Positions 38,796 through 50,735 of a DNA stretch of 64,000 bases are shown one piece after another. The number at the start of each line of letters is the position of its first letter. Positions within the stretch are counted from its first letter, which is position 1. The translations under genes were made by a program, and so were the position numbers. The notes under the pieces were generated by a model that did not search any database, was not told the DNA's origin, and saw nothing but the letters and a program-made list of their open reading frames with translations. This DNA comes from Neoconidiobolus thromboides FSU 785 (Eukaryota > Fungi > Entomophthoromycota), in assembly GCA_025603075.1 (NCBI GenBank), contig MU626358.1, positions 13,860 through 77,859 on the forward strand. Reading direction: 5' to 3'.

Positions 38796-39555
38796 TTTAT
38801 AAGTTAGTTCTTGTTGAATAGAAAAGTGAACTTGGACTTGAAGTTAAAAAGACTAAAGAATGAAATATTTTGAATTGAAAATTTAATTTCGGTTTTGCTC
38901 AAAGTGAATTTTTGATTTTTGATTAGGTTGATTCTATCTGTTCACTTTAATTTAAAATGTTTTATAAATAGAAAGTTATAGAAATTATTAACTAAAATAA
39001 AAGATAACACTAATTATTATTAAAAAAAATTATCGAGTATTTTCAAATATTAAATTAGTATATACTTTTTTTTCAGTTGAATTAGTTTCTAATCTTCATA
39101 CTTAAAAATTCAATAAATTATTAGTCAAATCAAGAGATGTCCTCTTCTTCCCTTTTATAAGAAATTCTTAATATTTGTAGAAATAGGTAAACAGATTATT
39201 AGTATTACGAATTTTCGATAAACAACTTTAAGCAAAGGATTAGAGCTTATGATCTTTTTACGAAACAAATTTTTAGAAAATTATTTAATATAACAAATAT
39301 TAATAATCTGTTTACTTATTCTTATAAATATTGAGAATTTACAATAAAAACTCTTTGCACTATAGAACAGAATCAAATTAAGTTTAAAAAACATACTCAT
39401 TATATTTAACGTTTTTAGTACCAAATGTCTCAAAAGAATTTAACTATTAGATAAAAGAACATTAAAAGAATATCAAAAGAATAAGGATAACTCATTATCA
39501 TTGTATTAGATAACAAAAAGAGTCGAAAAAAGGCTTAATTATTTTATTAATATAT

Positions 39556-39652
39556 GGGGATGTATTTTTTGTTTAAGAATTTTACTAACAATATTTCCAT
39601 TCAAATAGCGCTTAAAAGATAGAAAAGTAATGAAATCAAAAAAAACATCCCC
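39556..39652 (+). mobile_element. MITE-A copy 16
   Basis: Near-consensus; 21 bp from solo LTR 3. Confidence 0.9.
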
Positions 39653-39673
39653 ATTTATTGGTTTTAATAGTAC

Positions 39674-40138
39674 TGTGAAATCTGGTACTCAGGGTTTGGA
39701 GTCAAGAACAAATATTGCTGGGTTAACTACACTATAAGTCGAAAGGTCTTAGTTTATGTGACTAAGATAGACTTGAATTATGAGGAATAGCACGTAATAG
39801 GTTACAAGCTATATAAGACAAATAGAATAGACAATACTAATGTAAAACCTATGTAAAATACTATTAAATAAACCTAGTGGCTTTATTAAATGTTCGAGAT
39901 ATCAGGGAACAATTCAGTTAAAAAAGCCTCAAGCTATTATGTTTTAGAATCTCTTTTACACTCCGATAAGTATAAATATCAAAACGAGGAGAGAATATTC
40001 TTTGAGACGAAGATAGAAATTCTCATATCAAATCAAACTAAGAACGTGGAATTGATTTTCTCTGAACTCGAGAACACAACACCTTAGGCGATTGTTATAC
40101 TATAATTAACCATGAGACTGACAAAGCGATATTTCACA
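39674..40138 (+). mobile_element. Solo LTR copy 3 (465 bp)
   Basis: TGTGAAAT...ATTTCACA termini, 4-bp TSD GTAC. Confidence 0.87.
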
Positions 40139-40319
40139 GTACCTTTTTTAAACTCTATAAACTCTTTGTTTGTAATAAGATTTGAAGTAAAAAGCCACAG
40201 TAATAAAAACATCTAAATCAATGCTCCCATCATATTTTAGCTTTGTTATCTTCTTCAAATGGCTACATAGTAGCAAACAAACACAAGCCAAATCTATTTG
40301 ATTTAGTAAATCACTATAT

Positions 40320-40417
40320 GGGGATGTTTTTTTTGACTTCATCACTTTTTCCATTTTTTAAGCGCTGTTTGAGTAGAAAAATTGTTAGTAAAATTCTTAA
40401 ACATAAAATACATCCCC
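40320..40417 (-). mobile_element. MITE-A copy 17
   Basis: Reverse-complement match; ATAT flanks. Confidence 0.88.
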
Positions 40418-40779
40418 ATATGTTACTTTTGCAAATGCAATGACACAAAATACAAACAATAAATTTAGAGGTTTCTGTAGTTTATAATAAAGTTTAAATT
40501 GTAAATTTTTTTACTCAAATCGAAGATATTATACTAACTTTATGTCTATTTATTTTGTTATACTTAAGACAACCTTTAAAAGCCTTAAAAAGGTGTAGTC
40601 TTTATCATGTAAGCAATATTGCAAATTAAACAATATTTTTATTTTATATCAATTAGTTCATACTATAAAAATTAGTAAAAAACTAAATAAATGGGGGTAA
40701 AAACAAAATAAATATTTGATTTTTTAGCTAAAAATTTGGTATAAAAATTATATTATAATACTTATTGATCTAACCTCCG

Positions 40780-41528
40780 TTAAAATTTAACTTTCTTCTC
40801 CATTACAACCGGTTGAGCAGGAGGTTGCTCAAAAGTAGACGAACCTTGGGCAAAATACGTTTGATTTAAAGGATCGTTAAATGGATAAACAACAGTATTT
40901 GAAGCTGAATGAAGGTCTCTATCACTACGAACGCTTTCATTTGGAGTATATACTGGCAATGAAACATCATCATTTATCTCACTAGGTTTTGACTCATCAA
41001 TGGGAATGTATGGACTGGTGTCGTAGTTTAATTTACGAGAAAAGAGGAAAGTGAGTATGCCAAAAATGATTAGTAAAAATAAACTAGTAATACCCCATGA
41101 TTGTTGACTGAAACATAGGATAGCAAACCTTGAATTGGAAATTATTTTTCAAAATAAAATAAGGTTATTAATTACTTACATAAAATAAACTAAATAAAAA
41201 AATTTAATATTTTATAAACTTCTTAATATAAATATTACTTAATCCTCTTCCAATAGGTACCATAAATACTTGTAGATAAGTCACATAATACAATTGAAGT
41301 TTTGGTATTTCAGAAACGACTACAATAATGGCAAATACACTATCATTTTGTTATTCATTATTAAAAATAGTTGATCGAATACCCTTACCATCGAATAATT
41401 TTTAGTACCACTTCTGGTGTATTACCAATATCCTCATATGTATTAAAAACGAAAAAGCCATTATAAAATAATATCAACGATACTATACAATTGACAATGG
41501 TGGAGTAAAGTCGTAGTTGGAATTTCAT
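40780..41528 (-). CDS. TVP15: Tvp15/COPI-associated membrane protein-like (4 exons incl. a 10-nt microexon); not in ORF track
   Basis: Spliced: MKFQLRLYSTIVNCIVSLILF...IIRC-VFAIIVVVSEIP...FMVPIGRGL-IYFM-FAILCF...GILTFLF + hydrophilic tail ending EKKVKF*; the SE-x-P and GRGLIYF motifs fit the family. Confidence 0.65.
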
Positions 41529-41817
41529 AGTAATAGATTAAATTAAGCTCTTTTTTTAATATTTCTCATTTATTTATTCGTTTTTTTATAGGATTACTTC
41601 TTTTGTTGCCAAGGTTTGTTCTTTGTTAAAATATAATTTTTTTCTCTTGGTATTTGGATATTATTTTGAGCTTCCTTAGTAATGCCGTATGGGCTTACAT
41701 AAATTTCTTTTAAGTAGATTTACAGCTTTTGGTATAGTTGTATAATGAGTAGAATTAGAAAAAGCAGTTTATTTTCAATTATTCATGTTTTGTAAACTTG
41801 AGTTTGTACAATAATAC

Positions 41818-41914
41818 GGGGATGTATTTTTGTGTTTAAGAATTTTACTAACAAATTTTCCGCTTAAATAGCGCTTAAAAAATGGAAAAAATAATGAAAT
41901 CAAAAAACACTCCC
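41818..41914 (+). mobile_element. MITE-A copy 18 (left member of an inverted pair)
   Basis: Near-consensus match. Confidence 0.88.
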
Positions 41915-41940
41915 ATATCATGAATTTTGCTTTAGAATAT

Positions 41941-42039
41941 AGGGATGTTTTTTTTGGCTTCATCATTTTTTCCATCTTTCAAGCGCTATTTGAGTGGAAA
42001 AATCGTTAGTAAAATTCTCAAATACAAAAATACATCCTC
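41941..42039 (-). mobile_element. MITE-A copy 19 (right member of an inverted pair)
   Basis: Reverse-complement match. Confidence 0.87.
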
Positions 42040-43060
42040 ATGTTCTTAAAGTTATAAATTACCATCTATATTAAATGTCTTTTTACTTAATTTAAAAAGA
42101 GTAGTTAAACAATAGGAACAATAAATAATAGTGATCGAAAAAATCATATTAATATTTGTGATATTAAACAATTTAGAGATAAAAATTAAATTTTTATCTT
42201 CTACTTAAGTCTATAAATATTCAATTTATAATCATTTTTTTATCAATTAGTCATTTAGTGAGTTTTTAAAAACAAGCTACAAATTAATCATGTTTGAAAA
42301 TTATATTGTTATATTATTATCTCTATTTATAAATTAAACATATTTACTAGCTTCGTATTTTTACAAAAACTTTACTTTTTATAGAATTTTTTTTTAAGCC
42401 ATTTATTAGAAGTATTAAATTTATAAATAAATCTTGTTAATCTATTTGATGAAATTAATTTTTTATAATATACCAAACATAGTAATTAATGTCTTTTACC
42501 CTTTATTGCTATAAGTTTCATTTTTATCAAATATTTTAAATAAAGGTACTTTAAAATACAGCCATAAATTAAAAAACAAATAATATATTTTTATAACGAT
42601 GACTTTTTATTTAACAGTAAATATTTATGAAATACATCATATATTATTAGCTGAAAATAATAGTTTATTTTAAATATTTCCATAATACAATTTATTGCAA
42701 AAACTTTATCGCTGAATAACTCTTGTAACTTTTTAATAGATTTTTCTTTATTATTTTAATAGAATACTCTTAAACTTTTTTGTCACTTCAAAATAAAAAA
42801 TTGATTAGATTATCCTCAAAAAGGCAGTAATATTCGACCAATATTACACAATGCATTATATTACGATATATCAGTAATTAGAAATAGAAAATTTAATTCC
42901 ATTTAGTTAAAAAATTAGCTATATCACCTTAAGCTAGGAACAAATATATTAATAATATTTTTTAATTACTAAATATGGAAGTTCAAACGTTTGGCTTTCA
43001 GTTTAAAAAGTATAAAAGGTGTAATTTTATAGAATTTTATAGTAAACTAAATTATTCAAA

Positions 43061-44044
43061 ATGAAATTAAACACCTTTTTATTATGCTTATCACAGGTAG
43101 CCTGTGCGTTTGCATTTAAATTCCATACTCGCGGCGTTACCAAGGCAGATTCCTTAGTCTCAGACTTGGAAAAATCAATGAAACAAATGGTAACAGAGGC
43201 GAGCAAAGACAAACCAGTAGCCCTTAAAAGCCGAAATTTAATACGTGGTTTTGTATCACAAAGTTTAACGCCCAACGAAGAAGAAAGTAAAAGATATCTA
43301 AGGTTAGCAGGTACTTCTTATTGTCCAACAGAGACCTTAAAAACATGGAAATGTGGCCATTGTCAAAAGCTAAGTACCGTAGAATACCAAGAAACTATTG
43401 AGGATCCAAACACTCAAACTAGAGCCATTATAGCAGTTGATAAAACAAAAAAAGAGATTATTATCTCTTTTCGTGGATCTTCAAACCTTAGGAACTGGTT
43501 TCAAAATGTTCAAACGCTTCCTTTCAACTCAGAACAAGCCATCATTGATGCTACTGTACATAGTGGATTTAAAACATGTAATGATAACTTGAAAAAACTT
43601 TACATACCAGTTATTAAGAAACTTGTCAAAAAATATCCAAAATTTACTGTTGTTGTTACGGGCCATTCTTTAGGTGGTGCTGTAGCTACTTTAGCTACTT
43701 TGTCTATTAACTTTGAAGTAAGAATTAAATTTTCAAAGATGCGTTTGGTCACTTTTTGCCAGCCAAGAGTTGGTAATGACAAGTTTGCTGCTTGGATGAA
43801 TAAAAACGTATTAGATTCCACTCGTTTTACTAATAATAATGATCCAGTGCCTAGATTACCTATCAGTAGCTTTGGGTTTGTTCATCAACATACGGAAGTT
43901 TATATTAAAGGTAACACGGCTAAAGTATGCTCAAACAAAATGATGGAAGATAATACTTGTCTTACTTCTGCTTTACCAAGTATCCTTAGTGGTATTTCAG
44001 ATCATACTAAAGTTTGGGGAATTGGAGTTTCTTCTGAATGTTAG
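43061..44044 (+). CDS. Secreted class 3 lipase, intronless
   Basis: Signal peptide, SFRGS lid motif, GHSLGG nucleophile elbow, TFCQPRVGN, DPVPRLP, C-terminal DH. Confidence 0.95.
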   Translation: MKLNTFLLCLSQVACAFAFKFHTRGVTKADSLVSDLEKSMKQMVTEASKDKPVALKSRNLIRGFVSQSLTPNEEESKRYLRLAGTSYCPTETLKTWKCGHCQKLSTVEYQETIEDPNTQTRAIIAVDKTKKEIIISFRGSSNLRNWFQNVQTLPFNSEQAIIDATVHSGFKTCNDNLKKLYIPVIKKLVKKYPKFTVVVTGHSLGGAVATLATLSINFEVRIKFSKMRLVTFCQPRVGNDKFAAWMNKNVLDSTRFTNNNDPVPRLPISSFGFVHQHTEVYIKGNTAKVCSNKMMEDNTCLTSALPSILSGISDHTKVWGIGVSSEC

Positions 44045-44510
44045 AGAATTAAAAATTAAAATACAAACTAATAATAAATAATACTTTTAAAAAAGTTCTA
44101 TATAATTTCTAAACAACACTTAATCTATTTCAACGAACAAAAACTATCTTTAAATTGTAAATTGTTTATAAATTATATTACAGAATTTTGAAGATATAGT
44201 AATGCCTAAAATTTTTATGGTATTATACTTATAATCCTAGGATAAATAAGACATTAATTACATCGAAAATGCCAGCGATGATACTCGAAACCCCTAAAAT
44301 AATAAGATATTACCATACATCAAACCATATATTTTTATATTTTATTTTTATTATTAAGTTAGTAAATCTATAATAAATAGGATGTGTGCTATAAAATGTT
44401 ATAAAGCAACTATGTAAAGTCACTTTGAATAAATATTAATAAATAAGTACTTAATAATGTTTTGATACTACTGTCTGGATATAGTTTTATTGAAAATTAT
44501 AACTAATATT

Positions 44511-44602
44511 GAGGATGTATTTTTTTGTTTAAGAATTTCATTAGTAATTTTTCCACTTAAATAGTGCTTTAAAAATGGAAAAAATAATGAAACTAACACT
44601 CG
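44511..44602 (+). mobile_element. MITE-A copy 20
   Basis: Match with shortened right TIR. Confidence 0.82.
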
Positions 44603-44932
44603 CATTAATACCTAGGAATATTGCATTCTTTTACTACTATTCCTCTATTTTTAACTTAAATTCGAAATTGTTAGTCCAATTAGTAATCAGAAAACATATA
44701 AACTGGAAATATATAAAAATTGAAAACACAATATAACAAAAAATAAACTTATGTAGCCATGTACGTTTGTTGTGGTGTATTCTTTAGTATGTAAAGGTTT
44801 ATGTTAAACGAATTTAATCTTTAAAGGTATACTTTATAATGATAAATCGAATCTAAAGCTTATAAAAATTTATTTGAAAACGATTTTTTTTAAAAAGATC
44901 AATTATAAATCTAGAAAACAATTTTTATTAAT

Positions 44933-45474
44933 TTATAACAATTTCTTTATGTGTTCGTTAATAAAAAGATGGCTTAATCGGTCTTTTGTTAAATGCTCTG
45001 CCCCTTTAATTTGCTTAAAACACTATTATATAAATTACTACTTTATAAATAAACATTAACTATAGTTATTACCTTTGAGTCTCCACACCAGCAATCAAAT
45101 GGTTGGTCCATACTGTATTCTGTAGAAGGATAAAAGAAAGTTAATTCATCATTTACTTGGATATCTTTGTTAGCAGTAACACTAATGGTATTGTCAGCAA
45201 CTGCGACAAAGTTGACACTAGGATTACATGAGTGATTAGTAAAAACAAACTCGGAATCTAAGTCCACATGAACATTTTGGTTCGTTTGGACAGTTGTATA
45301 ATCTTTAACTGGATTAACGGTAAGTCCTTTTAAAAGAGCTATTTCCTCCCCTTTCTTAAACTCTTTTAAACTATATAGTTTGGTACTCAAGTTATCCCCT
45401 TCAATGATAGTAACTAAATCATCGAATTTTCTACGATATTTTGTTTGTCCTGCCATTAGAATTGGTGCGTCCAT
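44933..45474 (-). CDS. Small SET/post-SET domain protein (2 exons)
   Basis: FTNHSCNPS, ELTFFYPSTEYSMDQPFDCWCGDSK-intron-CFKQIKGA...KKLL*. Confidence 0.85.
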
Positions 45475-45790
45475 ACTTTCAACTAATTAAAAAAGTCAAT
45501 TATTATTTCTTTATTATCCTATTTATACTTTCAAGTGAGCTCAAATTTAAGGGATATGAATACCGAAATTGAGACTAAATTAAGTCATTGAAAATTCCCT
45601 ATCTTTTTTTACGAACCAATGGTTACAAAATTTATTTCTCATATTTTAGAAACCTGAAAATAGTAGTTGAACTTTGATGTAGTATTAAAGTAGAGATATT
45701 TATTTATATAAAAAATAAAATAGATGGTGATCAAAAGGAGAATTCTATGATTAGATTAATAAATAAGAATCAAAAATTACCCTTTTAAGA

Positions 45791-46144
45791 TTAAAATACA
45801 CAAAATGAACTAGTCAATCTAGGATTGCAACAACAGATAGCCACTGCTATAATTACCACTACTACCACCGCTATAATACCTCCTATAAGTGGCCAGTTCG
45901 TTTTACTTTTCCCTGCTTTGTCTTCCCTACGTACTAATTCATTCTGTTCTTTATTTTGGTTCAAGTTGAAATCACTATTTAAATTCTCGTTAAAGAAACT
46001 CCTTGAAAACGAAGGGTTCACCATTAGAATTTGGTCCGGTATTAGAGCATTTTGATCCCCTTTTATCGTCTTTGTTTCTTTTGTTGGTACTGCACTCAGT
46101 GCAATACATAAACTTAAGATTAAAATTAGATTAATTATTTTCAT
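45791..46144 (-). CDS. Small type-I membrane protein of unknown family
   Basis: 117 aa: signal peptide, LVRR dibasic site, Val/Ile-rich TM helix followed by CCC. Confidence 0.75.
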   Translation of the reverse strand: MKIINLILILSLCIALSAVPTKETKTIKGDQNALIPDQILMVNPSFSRSFFNENLNSDFNLNQNKEQNELVRREDKAGKSKTNWPLIGGIIAVVVVVIIAVAICCCNPRLTSSFCVF

Positions 46145-47725
46145 TTGAATACAAGAATCAAATTTAAAAAATAAGTGTTCTTACTCTTTTTATTACTCCT
46201 TTTTCATCATTGCTTTATGGCTTATTTTTTATTTAAAGGGTTTTATAATAGCCAATTAAATTTCAGTTACAGTCTTTTCTCTATTGATCACTTGTTCTAT
46301 TTCTTCCCCTCCTTTTAGTTTGCGTAATTGATCTGTTTTTTTGAAGTGTTTAATCAAGTTGACCATTTATTTAGTAAAAAATTGACTTTGATTAGTAAAT
46401 TCTAAAAGTGCATAAGCTCTACTGCATAAATTTTAATTAAGTGATGCAACTTGACAGGTTATGAAATTTTTAGTATTTAGAGTTAAAATTTTAAAGCTAT
46501 AAATACACTAAATGTATTATTATACATATTTAAAATTAGAACTTATGTTTAAAATTTTGGTTTGAGAGTTATTTCTAAATTTTACTCTTGTTTACTAGAA
46601 TCTAATCAATCATCTATTTACCATCTCATTGTTTTTTAATGAATTTAAACTTAATGAAAGCATTTAATTATTAATATTAATAACAGAAATAGCTAAAGCA
46701 TATTTTATTTAGTACAATCATTTTAGATCGCCTTTTTTAGTTTTATATGTATTTTTATAATATCATACATCTTTAAGTTGACATGACAACTGCTATATTA
46801 ATGTGATTTAAAAGTAACTCTTAAAAAAATACAGTCATGTCAAATCCATTTCTGCCAGATATCTGTGTCAAAAGATTAAAACCAATTTTGACACATTAAA
46901 TCTAAAATTTTAGTTATCACATACTCTGGGCTCTTTCTAACACAACCTATATGTTTAATAAGTATATCCATTTATTAAAGCTAGCCTATTTAGATATATG
47001 TCTTAATAGCTTAATAATGTATAATATCAGAATTTTGTTTCATTACAACTTTCAATTCTGGTATAAAATTACTATAATATACAAATATTTTTCAAACTAA
47101 TTTTAGACTAATTTCAAACAGCTCTAAATGCAAAATACTTATAAGCTATTGGTGAATAACAAATCAATTGTTAGTGAAATTATTTATTGCAATAACCATC
47201 TCAGCATTAACTAAATTTGTAGTTGCTATAATGAGTCTGAATAATATGTGGGGCTGCCAGGCTTATAGTGATAATGTATATAAAATTTAATAGTAGAGTA
47301 AGCTATAATCCATTATTTAATAAACCTCTGGTATGTAATCTTAGTGACACATTACTTGATTGTACAGTTAGGTAATCCGTACAATGATTAAAGGTGTTAT
47401 TTTATTACGATATTATATTGCAAAACACCGTTATTGCTTAATCTGATTTTCAATAGATTTAGCCATTAATTTATAATGCAAAGTAACTTTTAGTGTCGTG
47501 CTTATTATCAATAATTAATTAAAAGATCTATTGGTAACAAAATAATAGAATAAATTTATTAAATTTTATACTGGATCCCAAAATAATTGTATATAAGCTA
47601 CTAAATTAGGATTCATAGATATATTGTAAAGAATAGTAATAACTAAAGAATATTATAAATAAAACATTAAAATAAAGTCAATTTAACTTTTTCGTCAAAT
47701 TTTTATAATCATCAAATAAAAGATA

Positions 47726-48586
47726 ATGAGTAAACTAAAGCAACTATTAAACATTGATGAATTTCAACCTGAGCGTAGTTTCGAGTCTAATTTAATATCA
47801 GTAAGTTCACTGCTTGTGGTGCGGGGGATAATGTCCTTATTTCAACTAATAGTATTAATTTTAATGATCGTAAACAACTACGATAATCCTTTAACCTTTG
47901 GTATGTTTCTAACTAATTTTGGGTTCTATGGCCTTACTATTTATCTATGGGTATAACAAATTTAATTTATTAACACCCCTTTTATTAACTTTCTAATTAG
48001 TGGTCTTTATACCTAAGCATATGTGCTGTTTTGAATCCAAAAACTTACATTCCCTTCATATATCATTCATCTGTATTCCATTTCATTTATCAGTTATTTT
48101 ATGAATCTATGTTAATCTACCATTTCATTATCTCTGTCATCTATTGGAGCTTATTAGCCAGTGAGGATCTCCCTACATTATCAGCTTTACTTCTATTTTT
48201 GACCATTGCTAGACATTTATTTAATTTCATCTTCATGTTCATAGAACTGCTTCTAAGTCGTAATCTCATCTACCTCTCCCACTATCCTATACTTCTATCA
48301 TTTGGCTTATTATACATTTGCTTGGCCATCCTCGTCCATCATTTGTAAGTTCAACTTATATCTAAACCATGTTTTTTTATTTAATTTTAATTTCTTGTTT
48401 AGGCACGGGATTTGGGCCTATTCTTTCTTAGATTATAATGAAAATCCACTTCGATTCGGAATCGTCCTTGGTGGTATCTTTATTTTTAGCTTACTATATT
48501 ATATAGGTTTATATTATCTACATAAGCTGAGGGATCATTTATTTGCTAATAGATACCGTAGAATTGTTCCAGAAAGTGTGGTATAA
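47726..48586 (+). CDS. FAR-17a/AIG1 (rolling stone-like) multi-pass membrane protein (3 exons)
   Basis: FLTN (putative catalytic Thr), IYWSLL, RHLFN (putative His), GIWAYSFLDY; six hydrophobic segments. Confidence 0.65.
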
Positions 48587-49064
48587 TCATTAAGTTTGAA
48601 TGAATTAATGTTATCAAAAATAGAATCAAGTTTATAATAAAAATAGTTAATATATTTATTTACAAATAGAGTAATTGTAAGTTATAGAATATAGTATTAA
48701 AAGTTAAATGGTTCTTATTATATTTAGCTACTCAATTTAAAGATATTATTTCTAATTAAATAATGTATAACTTTTTAGCTTTTATCAAACCAAATAAGAT
48801 AAACTATCAAAATCCTTTAAATAAGATATTTAATAGAAATATACTCTTTTACTTTAAAAATTCCTTGCACGAAACAGTAAAAGCAGTACATTCAGACGTA
48901 AAACTGCCAATAAATACATAAAGTATATTTAAATTCAAAGTAAAACAACATTAAAAATCAAATATTATGAAGACTACATAGCCAAGTTTATTAAGTTCTT
49001 TAGTTTCGATCTGTCTTTTATTATTGAACTTAACGAAAAAGGGTATAGTATCTATATATTACAT

Positions 49065-50253
49065 CTAATCCTTTTTCGTATGAAACTTTTCTGCTAATTT
49101 ACGTAACATATCCATGGTAGCTTCTTCTTTAGCTTGATAAGAAGCTACTCTTTGTTTTAATTGTTCTGCTTTTTCTTTTTCAATCTGTTGTCGACGAGTA
49201 TTCCTTTGATATTCTCGGCTTTTTTGCTTTGCTAGCCTAAAATAGAGCATACATTAGTTTCATTAATCAATTAATAATGTTTTAATTTACGTAGAATAAA
49301 AGTCATCCCCTCCCATTAATTCTTTGTCGTCTAATACAACATCTGGTGAATTTTCTCTCTTTGTGTATGCTGCTTTCATTCGTTTTTTTTCGATCATTGC
49401 TTCTCTATTTGTAAAGAATTATTTATATATTATTATCCCTGTACTTTTGAATAATCCTACCTTCCAGTAGCTTTAGGTACTAATTCTTCCAATAAAACCT
49501 CTTTATCTTTACGTAATCTTTTGTTTTCTCTCTTCTTTCTATCTCTTCCAGCTGCATTCAATTCTTCTTCCTCTAGTACTATTTTTCTATTAGTGCCATT
49601 ATATATGATTAAGACGTTCACATTTACTTGCGTCGGTTCGATTTTTGATTGAAAAATCTGATGGCATAGTTGGACCTAATACATGAATAAAGTGGAAATT
49701 TATTATTAACTATAATCTACCTTGGACCCTTCTCTTTTTATCCATATTCAATTGCCTTGCTTTATGTTTATTGGTATCTGTGTCCACTATATCTCTTATT
49801 CTATCTAACTCACTTCCATCCTAATAGCTTAGTTTAGTATTTAATTTACTGATTCCAATTGGCAATTACGATTTTATTTGCAAACTTCCATTTAAAACTA
49901 GTATTATCCTCCTTAGCAAACTGAGTACTATTAACTCCATCATAAAATTTATCTGTTCAATTATTATATATATCAATAACCCATGAGAAGTTTAAATACC
50001 TTCTAATACACCAGAATTCCATTTTTTAACAAATTTTTTAAAGTATTTTTTTTGATCTTCATTATTCATCTCCATAAAATACTTTCCTTTATTTTCTAAT
50101 AACCATAAGCGAAACTCGCTGTTTTTACGGTAATAGTCATCCTCATCTATCTCTATGTTTCTACTCTGTTAGCTATTTTATCAAACTGGGCTACTAACTT
50201 AAATTACCGATGACATCTTCTCTGATTTCTGAATACTTAGACTTGTTTTTCAT
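49065..50253 (-). CDS. SCI1 (style cell-cycle inhibitor 1)-like nuclear protein, multi-exon; start uncertain
   Basis: EIDEDDYYRKNSEFRLWL...FKKFVKKWNSGVLE..FYDG and C-terminal DDKELMGGDDF...YQAKEEATMDMLRKLA. Confidence 0.7.
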
Positions 50254-50735
50254 AGTTTCTGAAAAATTGAGTTTTGATTTTTATTATGACAAATTTCAAG
50301 TACATCTTTTTAACATTGTACATATTTTTAAATTAATTGGGTGGATATTTTGCAAGTTTTGCAGTTTTGGTTAAATCAGCAATGAGTTTTTGATCCTAAG
50401 TTGCACTTGATCTTATATAAAATTTTACAAAAAATTTCAGATTCAAATTTTATTGCTACAGAAAGCTTGCAATTTAAGCATTTTATATTTTAGCTATTTT
50501 TACTTTATTGCAACATATCAAACAGTGTTTATTTATAAAGCAGAAACAAAATTGTTTTACAATTATGCGAAAAAAAATTAAAAAAATAAAAATGAAAAAA
50601 TTTTAACCCCCAACCAATCAAAACTAGAAAAAAAATATTAAATTTGTAAACTTTTATTGATAAATCCAACTAAGTCATCCTAAAAAGAGAAATAAGTAAA
50701 GTGCACGTAGATTATGACTAGATGATATTAATATA

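Noticed and set aside
39890-40087. 65-aa ORF
   Set aside because: Lies wholly within solo LTR 3; not open in the other copies.
47170-47450. Signal-peptide-like relic (KLFIAITISALTKFVVA...)
   Set aside because: No ATG, quickly interrupted by stops, no recognisable family.
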